NCBI GenBank assembly: GCA_045605345.1
Contig: JAZUPT010000013.1
Location: 802-64,801 of the forward strand
Source of the DNA: Candidatus Spyradenecus sp.
Lineage (GTDB): Bacteria > Verrucomicrobiota > Kiritimatiellia > RFP12 > DVOR01
Reading direction: 5' to 3'
Length of the DNA: 64,000 nucleotides
Below the pieces are notes generated by a model. That model was not told where the DNA came from. It did no database searches and saw only the letters and a list, made by a program, of their open reading frames with translations. Below, one piece after another: positions 24,928-33,369 of this stretch. A program made the translations under genes and the position numbers. How positions within the stretch are numbered: the stretch's first letter is position 1; each line of letters opens with the position of its first letter.

Positions 24928-25329
24928 TTACTTCGTCTTCTCCACTTGGTAGGTGACTTTCGAGATGCCTTTGGCGCGAAGTGCGGCCATCAGTTCAAGT
25001 GCAATGCCCACCTGTGCATGGCGGTCTGCGCTAATAATCACTGGCAAATCAAGTGTTTCGCATCGCAAGGCGGCGGAATCGGCTAAGGCCTCTATTGACA
25101 TCGGGGTGCGACCATCCATGAGGAGTTCGTTCTCGGCGGTTAAAACGATGCGCACATTCTGTTGGGTGCTGACGACACCCTCCGCCTTCGGCAGTTCTAC
25201 CTTGATACCACGCTGCACGGTCATGGTCATAAAGGCGTAGATGAAGAAGACCAACAACAAGAAAACGACATCCATGATTGGCGTCATTTCCACGCGGGCT
25301 TTGGGGGTTTCTTCCGTAGAAAGGTTCAT
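24928..25329 (-). CDS. exbD: biopolymer transport protein ExbD/TolR
   Basis: 133 aa with a single TM (TPIMDVVFLLLVFFI) and a typical ExbD periplasmic domain. Confidence 0.8.
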   Translation of the reverse strand: MNLSTEETPKARVEMTPIMDVVFLLLVFFIYAFMTMTVQRGIKVELPKAEGVVSTQQNVRIVLTAENELLMDGRTPMSIEALADSAALRCETLDLPVIISADRHAQVGIALELMAALRAKGISKVTYQVEKTK

Positions 25330-25958
25330 GCGGTTAGCTTTCCTGCGGCCGCGGCTTCCACGGCGGTCATTGCGCTTTCAACATGACGCGTCAAGAGCTT
25401 ATGCCACGCACGTCCAGCATTCAACGGAATCAGTGCGATGATTGAGACGACCAAACCCGCCGCCGTTGTAATCAAAGCCTCTGCGATACCCGCGGCAATG
25501 CCCGTGGGGTCTTCGGCGCCAATGGTGCCCATGAGGTTGAAAGAGGCGATGATTCCCGTCACGGTGCCTAAGATACCGAGCATGGGCGCGAGCGTCACAA
25601 TGGTGTCTAACACGCCAAGCCCTGCGGCAAGTTTGCGGACGTATGTGCGAGCCGCGTCCTCAAGCGCTTCTTGAAAGGGAAGGTCTGGGTGCATGAGGGC
25701 TGCGGAGAGCAACGCTGCATAGGGCGAGTGGCACCGCTTGAGCGCGGTGAGGGTTGCCGCTTTATCGCCAGTCGCGAAGACTTTTAGGGTCGCCGTCCAA
25801 GCATTTGCGCCAGCCATTGCGTGGAGCATGACGAAGGTCCACTGCAAGCATTTGCGCAACGTCACGATGAGGGTGACAAGCGAACAGAGCGCAATGGGCC
25901 ACATGACAGGACCACCACGATGGAGCAATTGGGTGATTAAATCAAGTGATTCGTTCAT
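25326..25958 (-). CDS. exbB: MotA/TolQ/ExbB proton channel protein
   Basis: Three TM helices and a conserved LAPMLGILGTVTGII block. 4-nt overlap with exbD. Confidence 0.8.
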   Translation of the reverse strand: MNESLDLITQLLHRGGPVMWPIALCSLVTLIVTLRKCLQWTFVMLHAMAGANAWTATLKVFATGDKAATLTALKRCHSPYAALLSAALMHPDLPFQEALEDAARTYVRKLAAGLGVLDTIVTLAPMLGILGTVTGIIASFNLMGTIGAEDPTGIAAGIAEALITTAAGLVVSIIALIPLNAGRAWHKLLTRHVESAMTAVEAAAAGKLTA

Positions 25959-25985
25959 GTTAGATTCCCAATCTTGGCGAAGATG

Positions 25986-26025
25986 ATAAAAAATTAAGCG
26001 GGCGCCTCGGTGCAGAGACGCCCGT
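25986..26025 (-). terminator. intrinsic terminator after the 26039-27580 gene
   Basis: On the minus strand: ACGGGCG-N13-CGCCCGC followed by TTAATTTTTT. Confidence 0.45.
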
Positions 26026-26038
26026 TAAGGGGGATTGA

Positions 26039-27580
26039 TTAGTCGCAGTTCGGGCAGGCTTCTGCGCCCGCAGGCCGGGAGTTGTTGAGCACAACTGTGT
26101 AGGTCTTGTCAGCCTTGAGATCTGCATTCGGGAAACGAATCATGTTGTCCAAGCAGAGGTCGGGCTGACCCAGCGCCTCAGAGGCGGTGAGCTGCGCAGG
26201 GTCATACGTCCAATCGCCAGGCAAACGGAACCACACCGCGCCCTTACGTTCACCCTTTTCCATACGGAGCGTCAAGCGCAATTCCTTCTTTATGGGGTGA
26301 TATACCGGCGACAACACGGTGATGCGGCCATTGGTGATGCGTGCATTCAACGCAGGATCGCCATAGAAACAGACGGTGTCACGGTCGTGCATATTGCCGA
26401 TGGTGTCTTGGAAGAACTTGGCTTCTGTGCGCTGTTGTTCGATAGGAAGGCTACTGAACCACATCAACATCTTACGTGTAATCGGGCGATTGAGCTGGAT
26501 AATCTTCGCGAGTTTGCAACGGCGAATGTCATCTGCACCGATACGTTCGATTGCCTTTTCCAAGGTATCTACGATGGAGGTATTCGTGAAGTGGAAGGCT
26601 TCCGCTGCGGTGGTCATGCCTGCGGTGTCGGTGAAGAGGCCGAGTGTGCCCCAACCCTGCGCGCCAAACCACGTCGTGACGGTGTAGCCCATCATCTGAC
26701 GTACGCCACCATCGCGCATCCAAGAGAGCGCCATGCAGTCGCGTTGGTCCACATCGCCGATAAGACAGTTGCCATTGGCGAAGTAGACTTTGGGCTCTTC
26801 GGAGTGGGCAGGATAGCTGATGCGGTTGGTATCCACCGCGATCAACTTGCCTTCTTTATGTACCATGGCCATATTTGGGCCATTGTAACCCATCTGCCAA
26901 TCATGCTGTGTGGCATGGCCAGAGGTCGCAAGGAATTGGACATTGTCCTTCTGGAGACGCTCAAGGACGCCCGCAGTATTGTCCGTGTCGCACGGGATGT
27001 CCTGTATTTTTGCATCAGGTGCGGCGGCATCCCAATAGTTCATCGTGCCACGATGGTCTTCCGTGTAACGCCATGCCTTCTGGAAGGCGGTCAAGTCGCA
27101 TCCAGAACAGTCCAGGGCGCGTTCAATTGCAATCGGACCTGCTGCGGCAACCTTGCGTGCCGACTCTGCGTCATAACCCGTAATCACGCCCCAAAAGGTG
27201 TCCGGATAGGGGTCGTTGTCCAAATTGCGCGCCAAGTGGTTCACCGCAATCGTGAAGTGAACGCCCGCCTCTCCTGGCTTAACCGCAAATGCAGTGAAGG
27301 CAGGTTTGAGTTCTGCGAGGCGTTCTTTCACCTCTGTGACGTCCTTTGTCCATATCAAGACGGGTGCGCCAGGATATTTTTTCTGGAGCTCTTTGACGAT
27401 GGCATCGTTCCACTCGGTGTCGTTGAAGACACTTGCCGAGGCGACGATTGCGTAAGAATCCTGTGGGATTTCGTAGTCTTTAGCATGGCTATGGGTGAGA
27501 CACCCCGTGCCAATGGCACTGAGCCCAAGCAGGGTCGGCAGGATTGCCGAACGGAAAGAGAGCGAACGAGAGGTGTTCAT
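26039..27580 (-). CDS. secreted protein, possibly clan-CD (gingipain/C25-like) cysteine peptidase fold
   Basis: Signal peptide MNTSRSLSFRSAILPTLLGLSAIGTGC. FLATSGHATQHDW and FANGNCLIGD resemble the His and Cys blocks of caspase-fold peptidases. The assignment is weak. Confidence 0.3.
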   Translation of the reverse strand: MNTSRSLSFRSAILPTLLGLSAIGTGCLTHSHAKDYEIPQDSYAIVASASVFNDTEWNDAIVKELQKKYPGAPVLIWTKDVTEVKERLAELKPAFTAFAVKPGEAGVHFTIAVNHLARNLDNDPYPDTFWGVITGYDAESARKVAAAGPIAIERALDCSGCDLTAFQKAWRYTEDHRGTMNYWDAAAPDAKIQDIPCDTDNTAGVLERLQKDNVQFLATSGHATQHDWQMGYNGPNMAMVHKEGKLIAVDTNRISYPAHSEEPKVYFANGNCLIGDVDQRDCMALSWMRDGGVRQMMGYTVTTWFGAQGWGTLGLFTDTAGMTTAAEAFHFTNTSIVDTLEKAIERIGADDIRRCKLAKIIQLNRPITRKMLMWFSSLPIEQQRTEAKFFQDTIGNMHDRDTVCFYGDPALNARITNGRITVLSPVYHPIKKELRLTLRMEKGERKGAVWFRLPGDWTYDPAQLTASEALGQPDLCLDNMIRFPNADLKADKTYTVVLNNSRPAGAEACPNCD

Positions 27581-27588
27581 TGGAGACC

Positions 27589-28434
27589 TTATCCGATGGT
27601 AGTGATGATGTCGACGATTTGCATGAATGCCTTTGCGGCGGGGCTTTCCGGATATTTCGCAACGAAAGGTTGGCCTGCGTCACCGCATTCGCCGATTTCT
27701 GTAGCGATTGGCAACTTCCCGAGGAAGGGTAAGCCGTACTTCTTGGCGAGGGTTTCTCCGCCACCCGATTTGAAGATGGGCGTCCATTCACCGCAGTGAG
27801 GACAGGTAAAGCCGCTCATGTTTTCCACAATGCCGGCGATGCGCATGCCGATTTGGTTGCAGAAGGTGACCGACTTGCTCACGTCAAGCGTGGCAACATC
27901 CTGCGGCGTGGTCACAATCACGGCGCCATCGGCATCGGGAATCAGTTGGCAAATGCTCAAGGGTTCATCGCCTGTGCCAGGAGGACAGTCAACGATAAGG
28001 TAGTCCAAGTCACCCCAAGCGACTTCGCCGATGAATTGCTTAATCACGCCTGCTTTCAAGGGGCCACGCCAAACAATCGGGTCATCTTCCTTTTCGAGGA
28101 TGAGGGCCGTGGACATAACCTTCAACCCTTCAGGCGTTTCGGCGGGGAGAAGTTTTTCGCCGTCGCCTAAGACGCGCTGACCCTGAAGTCCGAGAATCTT
28201 GGGAATGCTCGGACCATGGATGTCAACGTCCAATAAGCCTGTCTTAAATCCGCGCAAGGTCAAACCAAGGGCGATGTTTGCCGAGACGGTACTCTTGCCG
28301 ACGCCGCCCTTACCAGAGAGTACGACGAAGACGTGACGAATCTTTTCAAGGGTGGGCTTTACGGGGTCTGCCTTCGGTTCCGAACAAGAACCCTTACTGG
28401 CACAACTCGAACAATTACCGCTGCATTCAGACAT
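27589..28434 (-). CDS. apbC: Mrp/NBP35 (ApbC) iron-sulfur cluster carrier ATPase
   Basis: SGKGGVGKSTVSANIA deviant Walker A, a CPHCG motif and a Cys-rich N-terminus (CSGNCSSCASKGSC). Confidence 0.85.
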   Translation of the reverse strand: MSECSGNCSSCASKGSCSEPKADPVKPTLEKIRHVFVVLSGKGGVGKSTVSANIALGLTLRGFKTGLLDVDIHGPSIPKILGLQGQRVLGDGEKLLPAETPEGLKVMSTALILEKEDDPIVWRGPLKAGVIKQFIGEVAWGDLDYLIVDCPPGTGDEPLSICQLIPDADGAVIVTTPQDVATLDVSKSVTFCNQIGMRIAGIVENMSGFTCPHCGEWTPIFKSGGGETLAKKYGLPFLGKLPIATEIGECGDAGQPFVAKYPESPAAKAFMQIVDIITTIG

Positions 28435-28484
28435 GATTTAAAATCCTCTTAAAGTAACTGAAATGAAAGATTGCGTGAGTTTAA

Positions 28485-29051
28485 TTAGGCGCGACCGGTG
28501 AATTCGCCAGTGGCGGTTTCAATCACGATACGTTCACCGATGACAATGTATTCAGGTACGGTCACGGTAAGACCGGTTTCACAGGTGGCAGGCTTGCCAC
28601 GACCCGTTGCGGAAGCGCCCTTCATCACGGGGTCGCACTGCGTAACGGTGAGGGTCACCTTCTGCGGAGGTTCCACCGCGAGGACCTTACCTTCGCTGAT
28701 GATTGCCTTCAAATCTTCCATTTCGGGCAGGAGATAGGGGAGCAATGCTTCAACGTCAGACTTGTTCAATTCAAACTGTTCATACGTTTCCTGGTCCATA
28801 AACGTATAGACGCCGTGGTCTTCGTAGAGGAACTGCGTCGGGCGCACTTCAAAATCGGCTTCTTTGTAGAGATCGTCGCCCTTGACCGTCTGGTCCAACT
28901 TCTGCTTGGTCACGAGGTTGCGGAAGCGGAAGTGGTAAAGCGTTGCCGCGCCGCGCGCACTGGGATTGGTCACCTGCATACTGTCTAACTGGTGCGGGAC
29001 ACCGTTCAATTCCACGAATCCACCGCGCTTCAAATCACATGCTCTAATCAT
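28485..29051 (-). CDS. efpL: elongation factor P-like protein (EfpL/YeiP type)
   Basis: 188 aa with the EF-P fold. The loop VTNPSARGAATLYHFRFRN matches E. coli YeiP (SPTARGAATLYKMRF) rather than the canonical EF-P KPGKG loop. C-terminal GKPATCETGLTVTVPEYI. Confidence 0.6.
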   Translation of the reverse strand: MIRACDLKRGGFVELNGVPHQLDSMQVTNPSARGAATLYHFRFRNLVTKQKLDQTVKGDDLYKEADFEVRPTQFLYEDHGVYTFMDQETYEQFELNKSDVEALLPYLLPEMEDLKAIISEGKVLAVEPPQKVTLTVTQCDPVMKGASATGRGKPATCETGLTVTVPEYIVIGERIVIETATGEFTGRA

Positions 29052-29139
29052 AATGAGTCCTTATTGCTTTTTTAAAATTGGGTTGTTGGGAGTGTTATTC
29101 GGCAACGTAAGGGGTGTGGGTCGCCGATTGGGGTGAGGG

Positions 29140-29709
29140 TTAGTTTTCCTTTGCGCCGTTGCGATAGGCTTCTAATGCGCGCTCAAAGGCTGGGGATTTG
29201 GCATAACCGCAGCACTTGAACTCTGGGCAGAAACCGCGATAGACGCACTCCGGTACGCAACACGAGGCGAGCTCAGGATTCTCCACTGCGATGGCATCGA
29301 CCAACATCTTCCACGCCTCTCGCGTTTCCGGCGAGGCCTGTATGCAGAGGCGTTTGCGAGAGATATTCATAATTGCCTGGGCATTGGCAATGCATTCGTG
29401 CGTGACGGGTGTATCCTGACGGGCCGCATTGCGGTCATTGCCAGTGCGGTCGCTGCGTTGCGTACTGACAAAGTGGTCGATGCCGAATTTATGGCGCACC
29501 AAATGTACGCTGACCCAACTCTTCAGGCCAACCCACTTCCAACGAAAAACGAGTTGGCGCACCGGTGAGTGTTCTGCCAAAAGCATGCGCTTTTTCCAGG
29601 CAGAGGAGGGTTCACCTGTGCCGGCCTCCTTATTGATGGTGGTCCTTGCTGCGTCTGCAACGTCTCGCCAAGTGGAGCGCGTTCCGAAAAATTGGAGTTC
29701 AAGGGACAT
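29140..29709 (-). CDS. ThyX-like (flavin-dependent thymidylate synthase family) protein, short and divergent
   Basis: AEHSPVRQLVFRWKWVGLKSWVSVHLVRHKFGIDHFVSTQRSDR resembles the ThyX core including the RHR...S.R signature. It is only 189 aa and has a Cys-rich C-terminus (CCVPECVYRGFCPEFKCCGY). Confidence 0.4.
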   Translation of the reverse strand: MSLELQFFGTRSTWRDVADAARTTINKEAGTGEPSSAWKKRMLLAEHSPVRQLVFRWKWVGLKSWVSVHLVRHKFGIDHFVSTQRSDRTGNDRNAARQDTPVTHECIANAQAIMNISRKRLCIQASPETREAWKMLVDAIAVENPELASCCVPECVYRGFCPEFKCCGYAKSPAFERALEAYRNGAKEN

Positions 29710-29781
29710 GCGAAATCCTTAACGTTCAAATTAAAATTAGCCTTTAGTAGGTCTTTAATTTCTCCACCTACTATCTACGAT

Positions 29782-29790
29782 AGTATATCA
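29782..29790 (-). promoter_or_regulatory. extended -10 element TGATATACT (minus strand) for the ThyX-like gene
   Basis: The reverse complement of AGTATATCA lies 73 nt upstream of the start at 29709. Confidence 0.4.
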
Positions 29791-29949
29791 AAAGAATGGC
29801 ACGCGTTACCTTGTAGATTTGTTTCCTTGTGAAAAAATAGACGAAAGTCGGCACGGAGCTCCCGTAAGTTGCGCCAAAGGAACGAGAAGTGAGCGCTTGG
29901 CACGAGAGGATGCGTTGCCTTTGAACGATTGTTGGGTGCAGAGTGTCGA

Positions 29950-30001
29950 TAAAACAGTCGCACCCGAGGTCAACGCGAAGGGCGCGAAAGGCTCGGGTGC
30001 G
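29950..30001 (-). terminator. intrinsic terminator after the rluD-like gene
   Basis: CGCACCCGAG...CTCGGGTGCG 10-bp stem. On the minus strand it is followed by CTGTTTTATC. Confidence 0.5.
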
Positions 30002-30030
30002 AGAGGTGGGAGAATCGGTGTGCAGACGGC

Positions 30031-30918
30031 TTATTTCTTGCCGCGCTTGCCGAGTCCGAAGAGTTTTAATGCGGCGCGGAAGTCTGCCGGAAGGGGCGCG
30101 TGGGCTTTGATATGCACACCCGAAATCATGGGATGTGGCAACTCCAATTCGCTCGCATGGAGCATTTGACGCGTCACCGAAAGTACACGCGGGTCATCGG
30201 AGTGCTTCATGCCGTACTGGCGGTCACCAATCACGGGATGGCGAATACCCGAGAGGTGACGGCGAATCTGGTGCGTGCGGCCCGTTTCAATGCGCAGCGA
30301 GAGGAAGGTCGCATCCGCAGTTGCTTGCAGACGGCGCAGATGCGTCACGGCACGTTCGCCATCTAAGGTCTCGGTCAAGGTCGAGGAGAGACGATCCACG
30401 CTGCCAGAGGCGATGGCATTGTAGAACTTAATCACACGATGTGTCTTAAACATCGCAATGGCTGCTTCCTGCGCTTCGTCATTCTTACTGAAGAGAATCA
30501 CACCCGAAGTCTCGCGGTCTAAACGGTGAACCGCCTGGATGTCGGGATTGTGTTCCTGTACACGGAGCAACTCCTCTGCGGAGTTGCGCCCCTGGGTGAG
30601 CACGCCTGCGGGCTTGTCTACGGCGAGATACCACTCGTCCTGCCACAAAATGCGGATGTGCGGACGTGCATCGGTCGTCTTGTCCTGCTTCGCACCTGTG
30701 CTACGCTGCACCACGAAAGCCACTTTGTCGCCTGGTTTCAACACATGACGTGCGATCCAGACCAATTTGCGATTGACCCATACGACACGGGCGTCAATCA
30801 TCGTCTTGGCGGCGCGTTTGGTAACTTTTAGGCGCGAGGAGAGGAAGTCCTGTAGGGAGATTCCCTCTTCATCGCGGGTAACGATGGCAATTTTAGGTTT
30901 GCTGGTGGTCGGGGGCAT
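30031..30918 (-). CDS. rluD: RluA-family 23S rRNA pseudouridine synthase (RluD-like, with S4 domain)
   Basis: N-terminal S4-like domain and catalytic HRLDRETSGVILFSK. GRTHQIRRHL block. Confidence 0.7.
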   Translation of the reverse strand: MPPTTSKPKIAIVTRDEEGISLQDFLSSRLKVTKRAAKTMIDARVVWVNRKLVWIARHVLKPGDKVAFVVQRSTGAKQDKTTDARPHIRILWQDEWYLAVDKPAGVLTQGRNSAEELLRVQEHNPDIQAVHRLDRETSGVILFSKNDEAQEAAIAMFKTHRVIKFYNAIASGSVDRLSSTLTETLDGERAVTHLRRLQATADATFLSLRIETGRTHQIRRHLSGIRHPVIGDRQYGMKHSDDPRVLSVTRQMLHASELELPHPMISGVHIKAHAPLPADFRAALKLFGLGKRGKK

Positions 30919-30930
30919 AGTGATCTTTCG

Positions 30931-32097
30931 TTAAAGCGTTTTCACGAAACGCGCGATGCGCGTGACGGCTTCTTTGAGTTGCTCAAGTCCTGTGGCGTAA
31001 GAACAGCGCACAAAGCCTTCGCCGCAGGCGCCGAATGCCGTGCCCGGCACAACCGCCACATTCTCTGCATCCAAGAGGCGAACGGCAAATTCGCGCGAGG
31101 TCAAGCCGAATTTTGCAATTTGCGGGAAGGCATAGAATGCGCCCGCGGGGGTGTGCATCGGGATGCCCGCTTCCGTAAATGCGGCGCGCAGGAAGTTACG
31201 GCGCTGCTCATAAGCTTGCAACATCGGCTTCATGTCTTCTGCGGGGTGGCGCATCGCTTCAAGCGCAGCGTACTGCGACGTGGTCGGGGCGCACATGATT
31301 GCGTACTGGTGAATCTTCAAGATGGTGTCCATCATCCACTTCGGTGCGCAGACATAGGCCATGCGAAAACCCGTCATTGCCCACGATTTGGAGTAACCAT
31401 GGTGCAGAATCAGGCGGTCACGCAGTTCGGGAATTGACGCGAAGGAGACGTGCTTCTTGCCGCCCCATGTCATCTCTGCGTAGATCTCGTCCGAAATTAC
31501 AATCAGATTGTGGCGAATTGCAAAGGCAGCAATCGCCTCCACATCGGCGCGTTCAAGCACGGCGCCAGTGGGATTGTTGGGGAAGTTGAGCATCAAAGCC
31601 TTGGTGCGCGGGGTAACCTTGGCCTCCAAAGCTTCAATCGAGAGGCGGAAATTATCCTCTACACGTGTTTCCACCGGCACGGGCACGCCATGCGCCATGG
31701 CAATTTCTGGACCATAGCTCACGAAGCACGGTTCATGATAAAGCACTTCGTCGCCAGGATTGAGAATTGCGCGCAACGCGATATCCAAACCCTCCGAAGC
31801 ACCCACCGTAATGAGGATTTCCGTGGCGGGGTCATAGGTGCCACCAAAGTTGGTGTGGACGTAGTCGGCAATTGCGGTGCGCAGTTCAATCAATCCCGCA
31901 TTGCCAGTGTAGTGCGTGCACCCCTTGTCCAAAGACTTGGCTGCCGCTTCACGAATGTGCCAGGGCGAATCAAAGTCGGGCTCGCCGATGGCCAGGGAGA
32001 TCACCCCAGTGCGGGTGCTCACGATGTCAAAGAATTCGCGAATGCCACTTTTGGGCAAGTCAACGATATGACGGGCTAAATAGGCGTGTGGATCCAT
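30931..32097 (-). CDS. PLP-dependent aminotransferase, class I/II (AspC-like)
   Basis: NFPNNPTG and YSKSWAMTGFRMAY (PLP-lysine block); 388 aa. Confidence 0.8.
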   Translation of the reverse strand: MDPHAYLARHIVDLPKSGIREFFDIVSTRTGVISLAIGEPDFDSPWHIREAAAKSLDKGCTHYTGNAGLIELRTAIADYVHTNFGGTYDPATEILITVGASEGLDIALRAILNPGDEVLYHEPCFVSYGPEIAMAHGVPVPVETRVEDNFRLSIEALEAKVTPRTKALMLNFPNNPTGAVLERADVEAIAAFAIRHNLIVISDEIYAEMTWGGKKHVSFASIPELRDRLILHHGYSKSWAMTGFRMAYVCAPKWMMDTILKIHQYAIMCAPTTSQYAALEAMRHPAEDMKPMLQAYEQRRNFLRAAFTEAGIPMHTPAGAFYAFPQIAKFGLTSREFAVRLLDAENVAVVPGTAFGACGEGFVRCSYATGLEQLKEAVTRIARFVKTL

Positions 32098-32099
32098 AA

Positions 32100-32582
32100 T
32101 TAGGGGCTCACGACAAGGCGATTGTCATCCTGCGGCTTGGCCATCAGGACGTTGTTTTGCTTGTAAGTTTTCAGACGGAAATGGGTGGCGGTGGAGACGA
32201 TGCCACGAATCGTGGAGAGCTTTTCGCTCACGAAGCGTGCCACGGAGAGAAGGGTCTTGCCACTGACAAAGAGGAGAAGGTCATACGCGCCACTCATCAA
32301 ATAGACCGCTTCAGTCTCTTCAAAACGGCTCACCTCTTCGGCGATGCGGTTGAAGCCACCATCGCGTTCAGGCGTGACACGCACTTCAATCACGGCAGTC
32401 ACGGAGTCATGCGGCACGAGGTCTTCATTGATAATCGCCTGCCAACCGCGAATAATGCCTTCATCTTCCAAACGTGCGATGGCGTTTTCCACCTCGGCCA
32501 CTTCCACCCCTAAGAGGCGGGCCATATTCTCGGGCGACTCCTTCGCATTGGAACGCAGGATATCCAAAAGACTCTCTACCAT
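32100..32582 (-). CDS. Lrp/AsnC family transcriptional regulator
   Basis: N-terminal wHTH (LLDILRSNAKESPENMARLLGVEVAEVENAIARLEDEGIIRGW) plus a C-terminal RAM-type domain. Confidence 0.8.
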   Translation of the reverse strand: MVESLLDILRSNAKESPENMARLLGVEVAEVENAIARLEDEGIIRGWQAIINEDLVPHDSVTAVIEVRVTPERDGGFNRIAEEVSRFEETEAVYLMSGAYDLLLFVSGKTLLSVARFVSEKLSTIRGIVSTATHFRLKTYKQNNVLMAKPQDDNRLVVSP

Positions 32583-32649
32583 GATTTGACTCCTTCCCTA
32601 AAAAATCAAAAAAGTCCGCAGAGACGCGCTCTACAGACTTCTTTCGGTA

Positions 32650-32723
32650 TGGTTGCCTCACAAGGATTCGAACCTTGACAAACTGATCCAGAGTCAGTTG
32701 TGCTACCGTTACACAATGAGGCA
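32650..32723 (-). tRNA. tRNA-Gln (anticodon CUG), CCA encoded
   Basis: The reverse complement folds by hand as a cloverleaf. Acceptor UGCCUCA/UGAGGCA, D stem GUGU/GCAC, anticodon stem ACUGA/UCAGU with loop CU-CUG-GA, T arm CAAGG-UUCGAAU-CCUUG, discriminator A plus CCA. Confidence 0.9.
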
Positions 32724-32823
32724 ATAAACGTAAAACGCGACACATTATGCCAAACGTCATTCTCAAATGCAAGCACTTTTTAAAAAATTTTTACTTTTAG
32801 GTCGTATTATTTTTCTTATTAAG

Positions 32824-33106
32824 TTTCATTTCTTCGGCCCTTCGTACTATTTTCTAAAATTTTCTAAACAATTCTAAAAAGTTTCGGACAAAAATTGTAC
32901 TATTTAAGATTTCTTCCCGAGAGGAAATTTCCCCTTAAAATAATTTGCACGGAAAGATTTTGTACTGTTTAAATTTTGCACGGATAGTACAAATTGTACT
33001 GATTTTAAGCTTAAAATTGCCGGCCATAAAATATTCAAGATAAGTTATTGTAAATGAATAAGTTATGGTGCGGTAAATATAGTACAAAGTATTGAAGAAA
33101 TGAAAT
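32824..33106 (+). repeat. MITE-like repeat R1, copy a (283 bp)
   Basis: 12/12 terminal inverted repeats TTTCATTTCTTC/GAAGAAATGAAA. Colinear with R1b and R1c, with an internal ~65-bp duplication. Contains the palindrome AGTACAA-A-TTGTACT. Confidence 0.75.
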
Positions 33107-33112
33107 AACTTA

Positions 33113-33287
33113 TATGAATTTATCCCACTTTTGTACTAATTTTGGAGAAATACAATAGTACAAAATGCATAGCCCCATACTAATTTTTTGGAATGTAATT
33201 TAGCCCCGAAATAAGCTATTAGAAATCAATTACATATGAATGCAAATGCGGCTCCCCAAAATAGTACAATCATCTGAAAAAATGATA
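33113..33287 (+). repeat. repeat R2, copy a (175 bp)
   Basis: Near-identical to 34022-34197 (ATATGAATTTATCCC...GTACAATCATCTGAAAAAATGATA). Confidence 0.8.
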
Positions 33288-33348
33288 CAATTACATATGA
33301 ATGCAAAACGGCTCCCCAAAAATGGTACAATCATCTGAAAAAATGATA
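33227..33348 (+). repeat. 61-bp tandem duplication of the 3' end of R2a
   Basis: Units 33227-33287 and 33288-33348 (CAATTACATATGAATGCAAA..GGCTCCCCAAAA..GTACAATCATCTGAAAAAATGATA) differ at only a few positions. Confidence 0.85.
33323..33331 (+). promoter_or_regulatory. extended -10 element TGGTACAAT for ORF 33370
   Basis: Lies in the second 61-bp unit, 39 nt before ATG 33370, which has SD AAGGAG at 33357-33362. The first unit has TAGTACAAT instead. Confidence 0.45.
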
Positions 33349-33369
33349 GATTAAGAAAGGAGCGGGAGC

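Noticed and set aside
26297-27799. 500-codon + strand ORF
   Set aside because: It is antisense to the secreted-protein gene and to the 3' end of mrp/apbC. It spans an intergenic gap, which real genes on the other strand explain better.
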